Positions 1-9,135 of a stretch of 64,000 nucleotides of DNA are shown here, piece by piece. The translations under genes and the position numbers were made by a program. The stretch spans positions 1,426,001 to 1,490,000 of the forward strand of contig JANHCV010000002.1 of the NCBI GenBank assembly GCA_025594325.1, in the 5' to 3' direction. The stretch comes from Blastocladiella emersonii ATCC 22665. Lineage: Eukaryota > Fungi > Blastocladiomycota. The stretch's first letter is position 1. Every line of letters starts with the position of its first letter. The notes beneath the pieces are model-generated. The model worked only from the letters and a program-made list of their open reading frames with translations. It was not told the DNA's origin and did not search any database.

Positions 1-1
1 T

Positions 2-394
2 ATCGACCTGAGCATGCTTCTGTTTCTGACCGGCGGATGCGGGATCCGGCAACTCTCAGTTGCATCGCGTACAACCCGGCTCAAGTGGACTTCGGATGGC
101 GGAACGACCACTGTGGCAAGCATTTTCTGGACACGGCGGACTTCGTCGCAGGCTTTGCGCGAGCTTGCGACTCGGACATTGAACCAAGGGTCGCGAACCA
201 CGATCAAGCTCAACGTCGGTGCGGGCGACGAGGCGCCGAACCTCGCCACTGCGCAGGCTGTGGTTCATCTGCTTGCCAGCTTCACCGATGCGTGTACTAC
301 CGTGCTTGTTGACACGTCGGACAAGGGTGTCATCGTGGTCTTGCGCGAGCGCGCTGCGAAGATGCGTGCACAACTCACTTTTGTTGCGATTTGA
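2..394 (+). CDS. 3' end of an F-box/LRR-family paralog (partial, runs off the window start)
   Basis: The C-terminus (LTGGCGIRQL...IKLNVGAGDEAPNLA...VVLRERAAKMRAQLTFVAI) aligns by eye to the C-terminus of the next gene (LTGKCNIRTL...IMLDVGAGNDAPDLA...AALRERAASMSVRLNFTPM). Confidence 0.8.
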   Translation: MDLSMLLFLTGGCGIRQLSVASRTTRLKWTSDGGTTTVASIFWTRRTSSQALRELATRTLNQGSRTTIKLNVGAGDEAPNLATAQAVVHLLASFTDACTTVLVDTSDKGVIVVLRERAAKMRAQLTFVAI

Positions 395-574
395 ATAATG
401 GAGCTCTTCATTTATACTATACAGTCATATGTGTTGAGCAACCCTTCGTCGTTCTGCCCTGGAGGCGCGACGCTCATTTCGTGTGACGAAAACGTGACGT
501 GCAGTGCGCCACACGGAGCCACATCGCGGCGTCGTCAGACGGGAGTCCGCGCTCCCCCAGCCGCGCCGCACAGC

Positions 575-2527
575 ATGAAACTAATGGACGCTCCTGACGA
601 GATCTGGCTTTTGATCATCAACGACTTGCTGCATTTGAACGCGAAACGCGATGTCATTGCGCTGAGCACGACCAGCCGCCGGTTTGCGGACCTGGTCCGC
701 CCCGTCCTTCACCGGACCATGACGATTAAGCTAAACGCCGACCAGCTTCCTGGATTCTGGCAGGGCGTGCCCATTTGCACGTTTGGCAAACAGCTTGATC
801 TCCAGCCGTTGCGCGGTTGGCTGCCGCTCGTCAGCGACATTGTGCTCAAACCGAGCTATGCGACCCAGGTCACTGCGAGCTCGATCCCGCCGCTTCGTAC
901 TCTACTTGAACCCGCAGCTGGTCCTTTGCCCGAGCCCACCGTCGCAGATCTAATTGCTCGGCTTGCCCAAAGCAACCCAATCAACTCGTTCCGTGTCCGC
1001 GGACTCGTCCTCAGTAACGAGTACCTGCTCCACACGATTTCAAGTATTGCTCCGAGTCTCACTCTACTCGACATCTCAATGCAGCAGCTTCCTGTTGCGC
1101 TCAACCTCGAGCATCTTGCTTTGCCATCGCTTACCTCCTTTTCCTTCTACGTCGGCCTGTTGAACAACATGCTCCTTGGCCTCCCGCAGGCTCCCAAGTG
1201 CAGCAAACTCAAGCTTTACATCCCGAGGTGCCCACCAAACCTCATTCGTCAAATCCGCGATATGCAGCATCTCCGATCGCTTACAATCGACGTCTCCGAT
1301 GTCTCCTCGCGTCGTGAGCTCTCTGCCATGCTGCTGACATCGGGCTCTCCCGCCGCATCTCTCGTTCACTGGGGCATCCCCTGGCTGACAATTGAAGAGA
1401 TTGAGCGGCTGCCCTCGATGCCGCACCTCGCATCCTTGTCCCTGCGCCGTCAGAAGACTAACAAGGAACGAGGTGGCGGGGCTCTTCCGACGACCCTCGT
1501 CGACCATGAGCGCGTGGCGCGAATCGCTGCCCGGTTCCCTAACCTTCGCAAGGTATCAATCGACGGCCCAATCGATGCGGATGTTCTTGCGCATCTTTCT
1601 TGGCTTAGCATCGCACCCGCGCTTCATTGTGTTGAGCTCAGCGACCCTTGCGCGTTTGCACGTCCCGTCAATGTGGCTTCGACCCAGCACCTGTTCGACA
1701 ACAGTTGGGGTTTGCATTTTCCGGCCCTTGAGTCGCTTTCGCTTCCTATCACGCTGTGGAAGCCCTTGTCGCGAGTCCTTGGCGCGCCAAACCTCACCAA
1801 GCTTCGATTCGAGAGCACGGGTTGTCACTCGAGCCACATCAAAAGCAGACTTGCGCTACACGAGTCGCTTGCGCGATTGACGAGCTTGGACCTCGAGCTC
1901 GGCAACAAAGTCCCTTTCTTCTACGCGAAAGACTTTCCCGTCCTTTCCCATCTTTCTGCCTCGCTTTCAACACTTCGAGAGCTCGGGGATCGCTTCCCAT
2001 CTGTCACGCGGCTTCGCGTTCTTGGCGAAGAGTCGCGCCCGCTCTCGGACCTGCACTTCATGTCCCAGTTTCCGGGTCTCGCCCATCTCACGCTCGAGTG
2101 GTCCAAGCCTCCGTACCGCCCACTCTCCGTTGCGCTCGGTCCTTCCGCCCTTGCGCAGCTCACCGGCAAGTGCAACATCCGAACGCTCGCGATTGTCGCA
2201 CACGGCCGCCCTGTCATGTGCAAGCCCGAGGGCAGCTCCAAGTCTGCGCTCGCAATCAGCTGGACCCGGCAGTCGTCGGCGCAGGTGATGCACGAGATCG
2301 CCAACAAAACGACGCACCGTGCGTCCCGGCGCGAGATCATGCTTGACGTTGGAGCGGGCAACGACGCGCCGGACCTTGCGATCACTTCGAATGTCATCCG
2401 GCTCCTCGTCAAGTTGACTTCTCGGGAAGCCACCGTCTTTGTTGGTCCGGCGGACGAACGCGTCATGGCGGCCCTGCGCGAGCGCGCTGCGTCGATGTCA
2501 GTTCGCCTCAACTTTACCCCAATGTAA
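575..2527 (+). CDS. F-box / RNI-like leucine-rich-repeat protein
   Basis: ATG at 575 gives an F-box-like N-terminus (LMDAPDEIWLLIINDL...VIALSTTSRRFADLV), followed by many LxxLxL repeats (FPNLRKVSI, FPALESLSL, APNLTKLRF, FPGLAHLTL). Confidence 0.8.
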   Translation: MKLMDAPDEIWLLIINDLLHLNAKRDVIALSTTSRRFADLVRPVLHRTMTIKLNADQLPGFWQGVPICTFGKQLDLQPLRGWLPLVSDIVLKPSYATQVTASSIPPLRTLLEPAAGPLPEPTVADLIARLAQSNPINSFRVRGLVLSNEYLLHTISSIAPSLTLLDISMQQLPVALNLEHLALPSLTSFSFYVGLLNNMLLGLPQAPKCSKLKLYIPRCPPNLIRQIRDMQHLRSLTIDVSDVSSRRELSAMLLTSGSPAASLVHWGIPWLTIEEIERLPSMPHLASLSLRRQKTNKERGGGALPTTLVDHERVARIAARFPNLRKVSIDGPIDADVLAHLSWLSIAPALHCVELSDPCAFARPVNVASTQHLFDNSWGLHFPALESLSLPITLWKPLSRVLGAPNLTKLRFESTGCHSSHIKSRLALHESLARLTSLDLELGNKVPFFYAKDFPVLSHLSASLSTLRELGDRFPSVTRLRVLGEESRPLSDLHFMSQFPGLAHLTLEWSKPPYRPLSVALGPSALAQLTGKCNIRTLAIVAHGRPVMCKPEGSSKSALAISWTRQSSAQVMHEIANKTTHRASRREIMLDVGAGNDAPDLAITSNVIRLLVKLTSREATVFVGPADERVMAALRERAASMSVRLNFTPM

Positions 2528-2835
2528 TGATTGAGCGCCGACCTTTGCGCGTTACAATAAATGTCTGCATTGGACGTCGCCCTGGTTGAGGCTGTTATCA
2601 CGCGTGACGAGCTCCGCCTGCTGGGTCAAAGTTCGGCGCATCGTCCGCCCAGCTTGCTTGGGCAGCGTCAGCAGCACTTCCGACTTGGTCGTGACGGCAG
2701 TGACCCGATCGGATCCATAACAACCCGTGCTCGTCATCCTCGGCTCCACCGGCCAAGAAGTCATCGCGACGTTCGCTGGACTGTTTTCACGGTTCATGAG
2801 AAGGGGTTATATATGAATATGAAGCGCTCTCAACA

Positions 2836-3932
2836 TCACGAACTACTGAAAACGCTCGAGATCATGCCCGCGACACCGCGCACGATCCCGCCAATGGCGC
2901 CGCCAATGACCGAGCCCTGGTCGCCCTCGATGACCGCGCGCCAGTCGCCGCCCGCAGCGTCGATGCGCTGGCGACGCACGGCGCGGATCTCGGCAATGTA
3001 CCACCCGTCGTAGAGCGCGCGGTTGCTGTAGTCGGTCCACGACATGCGCACGCGAGCGAACCCAGTCGGCGAGCGAACCTGGACGGGCGGGCCGGCGAGC
3101 TCGCGGAACTCGGGGATGGGCGTCGTGGTCGCGCCGTACCACTGGAAGCTGGTTTGCGGCGGACCGACGAGGCGGCCCGGGGTGGTCGGGAACGGGATCC
3201 ACTCGTACGCGGCGCCCGTGGCGGGCAGGCCGCCGATGTTGACGTCGTCCGAGTAAGTCGCAATCGGCTGTGGTAGCAGGTCGCTAGACTCGGGCTTGTG
3301 GTGCAGAGGCGTCGTCGGGAAGACGTCGACGGACCACTTGGTGGTGCTCGGCATGTGGCCCTGGCGGCACCGCGTCAAAATGAAGAAGTCCCAGTCGCCG
3401 TTCTGCAGCGTGAGGTCGCACTCGAGCTACACGGTTCGATCGGACCCGAGTTAGCTCATAGAGTTCTGACCCGGTTGGACGGATATCCGAGAGCGTACCT
3501 CGAGCCACCACACGTTGATGAGAAGTGCCTGCTTGGTCGGCGCAGCAGCGTCCGTGACGGGCCGGTTCCACTGCGGGTGCGGCAACCACGTCCCGGTGAT
3601 GCCGGGAACCGCGTCGACAGCCGGGTTGACTACAAAGCAACTGCGTCAGATCCCTTGCTCGACTCGTACGCGTGGGCGGGCAGCGGGGTACCCTTCTCAA
3701 GCAGCGCGTCGCGCCACGCGCGCCAGTCGCCCTGCGCCGTATCCGACTGCGCGGGACCGGCGACGCCGGCTTGGGTGCACAGTTGCGCCCAGTACTCTGG
3801 GTCTGCGACGAGCGCGTGCACGTCGCGACAGGTGGCGGCGAGCCGCGCCATGTCCGGGAACGGGAGCGACTGGAGCAGTCCCACGAGAATGTCGTTTGGC
3901 AGGTCGGTGAAGCGAATCCGAGTATATTGCAT
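2836..3932 (-). CDS. F-box protein with PP2 (phloem protein 2)-like C-terminal domain, 3 exons
   Basis: F-box FTDLPNDILVGLLQSLPFPDMARLAATCR. Inferred introns 3691-3630 and 3498-3427 (GT..AG with CTGAC/CTAAC) give a continuous frame ...ITGTWLPHPQWNRP...ALLINVWWLELECDL...VRMSWTDYSNRALYDGWYIAEIRAV, which resembles the PP2 motifs ITWG..YW, AEL..VCWLEI and V.MSL.E...WKSGL..EGIEI. Confidence 0.65.
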
Positions 3933-4219
3933 GTTGTTACGTGGAGCTAGCGAGTAGCTTGGCGTTGGGGTGGGAGAGGAGCGGGAGCGCGGGTCCGAGT
4001 GCCCTTTGAGCGGCACGCCACGACGCGAAGGTCGTCAGCGTCGAAGGTCGTCGACTCACCTGCGCTTCCTTGCTGTTTTCAGAGACGGCCGGCGAGCTGA
4101 ACGGCGAGCGAGTTCCAGCCTGTCCAGCCGCGAGTAATTTAATTCGCTGTTCGAGAAGGCGGCGGCCTGAACCTACCTTCTGCGGCCCAAGTGGCTAAGA
4201 CGGGGGCGGGAGGCGACGT

Positions 4220-4266
4220 GCTGCGCCACCATGCAGGGCGCACGTGTCCTGCGCGAGTGCGAGACA
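4220..4266 (+). promoter_or_regulatory. Conserved upstream block GCTGCGCCAC - CACGTG - AGTGCGAGACA (copy 1)
   Basis: The same three motifs occur in the same order upstream of all three 7TM paralogs. This copy ends 93 nt before ATG 4359. Confidence 0.6.
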
Positions 4267-4358
4267 CGGACTGGGCGAAATTCAAGTGCGATCAGGCCTA
4301 TTCAAGTCGGCTTCCGCTCCCCACACATGAATCACTGAACCATGCAAGTCATCATACC

Positions 4359-5963
4359 ATGCAGCACGCGCAACTGACCAGCGGATACACGCTCCCGCCG
4401 TGGGAGGTCCTGCCCTACAAGATCGCCTCGGTCGCGAACCTCATTTTCTCGCTACTATGCTTGTGCCGATCCATCTACGAAGGCGTCCAAGAACTCGGCC
4501 CTCGCCTTGTCTCCGCGATCGAGGTGATTCGCGAGGAGACCTCGGTCGTTCCGAAGCGGCCGGACGACGTTGACTCGCTGCCACGCCGCACAGCGACCAT
4601 GACGCGCAAAATGTCTACCTTCGGCCGAAGCTTCACACCCGAGCGACGAGCGAGTGACCTGGCTTCGGCAGCCGGCTCATCGACGCGGCGCGGCCGTCTG
4701 ACTCTGCAGCGGGCCAAGATTCTGTGCTCCGCGATTCACTACAGCGACCTCCGCTGGTTTCTCATGGCCGTCCAATGCGTGCTCGCCACGGTGCAAGCCA
4801 GCTTCGACATCTTCAACGCCTTCGTGAGCCCGTCCTTCCCGTTTATCAAAATGTTCCCAGATTACGCGATCGTCATTCTCTTCGGATTTTGCATCACGGG
4901 CTCGCTCGGTAGCTGTATCGCCATGACCCGCGTCAGTATTGTTTGTCTCAAGCGCACATGGATGCGGCAAATCATGTGGCCGGCGACCCTGGCCTGCGCC
5001 GCCATCTTGATCCCGGTCAACTTTACGTTCGGCTATCGAGCCTTACTCGAGGCGCAGCTCGCCGATACGTGGGCCGATTTCATCGTGCCCTCGTGGATGT
5101 TGCAGCTCAACACGATACAGCTGGCCACCAACATCGTCTTTACCGTCTACAGCTACCGTTCCGCTTTTGCCAAGTCCGAGACAAGCACGCGGGAATCGTC
5201 GTCCCGCCGCGGGCTCTATATGAGTTCGTCCGTCACCGTGGACCACGAGGCTCCGTCCGCCATGTCGTTTGCCACTATCCTTCGTCCTTGGCGTGCTGCT
5301 TCACTGGCCGGAGCAAACTGGCGTCCGGGCACGATATGGCGTGGACGCCAGGAAGCGTCCGCCTTGAACCCGTCGCATCCTCAAGTCTCATCGCCCGCTA
5401 TCTTGCGCCCGACTTCGCCATCGTGCGCTTCGCCTCGAGAGGGTTCGGCGCTCTCATGGCTCACAGATCCTACCCAGCCACTGAGACCAAGTACCGCGAC
5501 GAGCGGTGAATCCGGGGGCGGGCACGCGGCAGCGACTGCCGGGACAGCGAGTTCCTCCGGCGCCTCGACCTCGGCTGACTCGGCTGCTCCCACACGCAGC
5601 CCCGCTGCACCTGCCTCATCGCCGCCCGTGCCGGCTAGCCGCCGACCAAAGCTCCTCGCCTCGGTGCGTCGAACCTACCTCAACCTGACCATCAGCTTCG
5701 CCATCGGATGGGCGTGCGCGATCGTTCTCTTGATGTCGCCCGCGGCATCACTTGGTAGCTTTGCCCTCCGCTCGCCGTTCTTTGGGATCCTTTGCAACTT
5801 GGTGATCGTCCTAGAGTCTCAATTCCGGAATATTGTTCGAGCACAAGCCCGACTGACCCGCGCACCCGCGCGGCACGCGAACACCCACTTCGAGGAGTCA
5901 CGCGGCGGCGGCGAGGCCGAGTCCGCACCGAAGGTGCTGAGTATCAACACAGCCATGCAATAG
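4359..5963 (+). CDS. Seven-transmembrane receptor-like protein, paralog 1
   Basis: Seven hydrophobic segments by eye, a TM3-end motif AMTRVSIVC at the position of the DRY-type motif, and a long S/P-rich loop between TM5 and TM6. Clearly paralogous to 9136-10800. Confidence 0.65.
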   Translation: MQHAQLTSGYTLPPWEVLPYKIASVANLIFSLLCLCRSIYEGVQELGPRLVSAIEVIREETSVVPKRPDDVDSLPRRTATMTRKMSTFGRSFTPERRASDLASAAGSSTRRGRLTLQRAKILCSAIHYSDLRWFLMAVQCVLATVQASFDIFNAFVSPSFPFIKMFPDYAIVILFGFCITGSLGSCIAMTRVSIVCLKRTWMRQIMWPATLACAAILIPVNFTFGYRALLEAQLADTWADFIVPSWMLQLNTIQLATNIVFTVYSYRSAFAKSETSTRESSSRRGLYMSSSVTVDHEAPSAMSFATILRPWRAASLAGANWRPGTIWRGRQEASALNPSHPQVSSPAILRPTSPSCASPREGSALSWLTDPTQPLRPSTATSGESGGGHAAATAGTASSSGASTSADSAAPTRSPAAPASSPPVPASRRPKLLASVRRTYLNLTISFAIGWACAIVLLMSPAASLGSFALRSPFFGILCNLVIVLESQFRNIVRAQARLTRAPARHANTHFEESRGGGEAESAPKVLSINTAMQ

Positions 5964-6054
5964 ACTTCCCTGTTGGATCGTTTTTGCTGAGGGCGCTCAG
6001 AACTTGGCCTACGTCGTCGACGCGCTGCGCCACATGCGAGCAACACGCGAGCGC

Positions 6055-6097
6055 GCTGCGCCACATGCGAGGCACACGTGAGCGCAAGTGCGAGACA
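6055..6097 (+). promoter_or_regulatory. Conserved upstream block (copy 2)
   Basis: GCTGCGCCAC 6055-6064, CACGTG 6075-6080 and AGTGCGAGACA 6087-6097, ending 94 nt before ATG 6191. Confidence 0.6.
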
Positions 6098-6190
6098 AAC
6101 ACGTGTCGTGTTTTCGGATTCGATGACCTCAAATCACTCCGATCCACCTCAGCACTACCTGGACTCCAACCTATGAATGCATGTTAGACC

Positions 6191-8887
6191 ATGCAGCACA
6201 CGCAACCAAGCAGTAGCTACACGCTTCCGCCTTGGGAAGTGCTGACCTACAAAATCGCGTCGATCGCGAACCTCGTCTTCTCGCTATTATGTCTTCTTAC
6301 TCTTCTGGTATGCGTGGTCGGGTGTCGGCAAACTTCACGCAGTGGGCGGGCGAGGCACGTCAGCGGGAGCCCAGCGCCAAAGCTACTCCGCGCGTTTTGA
6401 ACCCACCGAGTGTGCGGCGCGGTTGTTCTGTTACTGGTGCTGCCGCCGGACACGTTGCATAGCAGTTGCTGGAACTTGTCATCAACGCGGCCAAGCGGGA
6501 GAGCGAGCGGGAGAGGGAGGGGACGAGAGAGCCGCGCGTCCCGCCCGCGGGCAGCGTGCTCCGAGTGACGCATCGCTTGCCACTGTTGGCGGACATGAGC
6601 AACGCGTGCTCACCCACGACCGCGCCAAACCCAACGCTGCTCTGCTCGTTCAAAGGGATATATATCCTCGGTCAACAACGCGCTTCCACTACGGGCGTGC
6701 CCTGCTCGCCCCACAACTCACAAACGACAAAACACCAGCTCGATCTACTCGGACACCCTAGGGCTTGCGCCGCTTGCGCGGGGGCGTCAGGTCGATCTCG
6801 GACTCGGACTCGGACTCGCTGAGGTTGGGCTGCTGGTACGTAGCCTGGCTGAAGGTTCACTTCTTCTTCTCCTCCTCCTCGTCGTCGCTGGACGCGGCGC
6901 GCTCGTCGTCGTCGCTGGACGCGGCGCGCTCGTCGTCGTCGCTGGACGCGGCGCGCTCGTCGTCGTCGCTGGACGGGGCGGTCCTCGTCGTCGCTGGACG
7001 CGGCGTGCTCGTCGACGAGATCCACGGGCGGCGCCTTGCCGCTGCTGCGCGTGCTGCGGCCCGTCGGCGGCTTGGCCTTGGGCAGCGCCGGGGGCTTGGC
7101 CTTGGGCAGCGCTGGCGGCTCGCCGAGCGGGCGACCCGTCGCGAGACGATGACGGCGTTTGGCGGCCGCGCTCGGGCCCGAGTCGGCCTGCTCGTCGTCA
7201 TCAGCGGCGGTGTGCGCGGCGTGCGCGGCGCGCTCGTCGCGCGGGTCCACGGACAGCGCCTGGCCGCTGCTGCTGCGCGTGATGCGGCCCGTCGGCGGCT
7301 TGGCCTTGGGCAGCGCCGGCGGAGAAGGCGATGCGGAACGCGCGGGCACAGGGGGCCGGTGACAGCGTTTGGCGGCCGCGCTCGGGCCCGAGTCGGCCTG
7401 CTTGTCCTCGTCGTCGGCGGCGTGCGCGGCGCGCTCGTCGCGCGGGTCCACGGACGGCGCCTTGCCGCTGCTGCTGCGCGTGATGCGGCCCGTCGGCGGC
7501 TTGGTCTTGGGCAGCGCCGGCGGAGAAGGCGATGCGGAACGCGCGGGCACAGGGGGCCGGTGCGGCTCGTCGAGCGGGCGATCCGTCGTGAGACGCTGAC
7601 GGCGTTTGGTGGCCGCAGCGGCCGTTGTTGAGGAAGTGGCCGTCACGCTCGGGTCCATGTTCTCCTGACCACGATCGTCCACGAGGTCCATTTGCGGCGT
7701 CTTACTGCTGTTGCGCGTGGTGCGACCCGCCGACTTCTTGGGTCCCGGCGGCGGCGGGCCCGGCGGTGGTGGGGAAGGCGACGCGGAACGCGCGGGCACA
7801 GGGGGCCGGTGCCGCTTGTCGAGCGGGCCATCCGTTGTGGGATCGTGAAGGCGAGAATCGCGACGGCGACGATTGCGACGGCGAAGGGGACCGATAACAT
7901 CGTCGTCGCCGTCGTGTAGGTCCATCTCCATGGCTTCATCATGAGCGACCATGGCGGCGGTGGCGGCGCCCTCAACGGGTACCACGGCCATCACCATGGG
8001 CAGCAGCAGCAGCAGCAGCAGCAGCAACAACACCGTCGACCCGGTGGCGGCGCACGTGTACGAGCACGCTCGCGCGCGCGGGTGCCGCGGTCACCGTGGC
8101 CGTGGTCGCGGCGGCGGCAACTAGGGCCGCTCGGTCCAAGGCGTCGCACCCTCGCTCGACGGTCTTGTCCTCCCCTCCCTTCCTCCCACCCTTCCCGCCT
8201 TACCTGGGCGCACTCGGTCTGTTCTTGCGTGTGCGCGAGTCCGACTGGGTCCCCACATTTCTTGTACTGTGGCCCTAAGTGCCCTTTATACAATCTGGCG
8301 CGGTTGACAGGAAGCTGCGGCCATGGCGCCATCGTCTAACCCTGCGACGGCGCCCGGGACTTTGCGGCCGGCTTCTCCATCACTCGCGCATCCTCGCGAC
8401 GGATCTACTCTCATGCGAGTGGCCGAGCTCTCGGTTTCCGCGATCGCTAGTGCGGGAACAAGTGGCAACGCTGGTGGTGCGAGCTTGACCGTGGCCGGAA
8501 GTGCGCCCACGGCCAGCGAAGCAAGTCTGGCGACCCCTGCCACAACTTCTCTACCTGCAGCGCAAGCTCCGCCCGCTCCGACGCCGGAACCACCCTTCGT
8601 TCCATCCCGGCGGCCAAAGCTGCTACTCTCCGTCCGCAAAGTTTACTTGTACTTGACGATCAGCTACGTTCTTGGTTGGACCTGCGCGAGCGTTCCGGTC
8701 GCCGTTCTTTGGATTGCTATGCAACGGCGCCATCTTCCTCGAGTCCCAGTTTCGGACTATCGTGCGCGCCCAAGCACGACTCACTCGGGCCCCGACGCGG
8801 CAGGCCATCACACACTTTGATGAGTCAACGCACCAGCAGCAACGCACGCGCGGCGAGTCGGCGACTACGCCGCAGGTGTTCAAATAG
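6191..8887 (+). pseudogene. 7TM paralog 2, disrupted
   Basis: The 5' part 6191-~6295 (MQHTQPSSSYTLPPWEVLTYKIASIANLVFSLLCL) matches paralog 1. Homology resumes at ~8290 (TIWRG*QE, premature TGA). A ~41-nt deletion near 8693 shifts frame before RSPFFGLLCNGAIFLESQFRTIVRAQ. The middle is replaced by ~2 kb of unrelated DNA. Confidence 0.8.
6296..8289 (-). other. Foreign ~2-kb segment inside paralog 2, carrying a decayed low-complexity, internally repeated ORF (~6857-8033, minus)
   Basis: HRPPVPARSASPSPP occurs 3 times, a ~210-nt block is duplicated (~7155 and ~7365), a 27-nt unit occurs 3 times (6881-6961, SSDDDERAA), and there is a (CAG)n run at ~8002-8027. A frameshift near 6980 separates the two reading frames. 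Confidence 0.5.
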
Positions 8888-8992
8888 ACATGTTTGTTGC
8901 ATGCGCCGCTCAACGCGTTGGCCACTGAGCGCGACTGAGCTCTCGTTTAAGCGGATTCCGAAAGGACCAAAACCGGTGACGCGTCTCGGCGC

Positions 8993-9027
8993 GCTGCGCC
9001 ACCCACGTGAACTCGGAGTGCGAGACA
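8993..9027 (+). promoter_or_regulatory. Conserved upstream block (copy 3)
   Basis: GCTGCGCCAC 8993-9002, CACGTG 9004-9009 and AGTGCGAGACA 9017-9027, ending 109 nt before ATG 9136. Confidence 0.6.
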
Positions 9028-9135
9028 ATCACGCGTCGCGTGCGAGACAGAACATATTCCCGAATTCACAAGGTTGCAACTCTAGTTCGCTCCCTTCGGC
9101 TGCACCGAAAGCCATGAAGGAATGAATCATAGACC

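Noticed and set aside
2561-3013. Small ORFs between the F-box genes
   Set aside because: No domain or codon signal; they overlap the 3' end of the F-box-PP2 gene.
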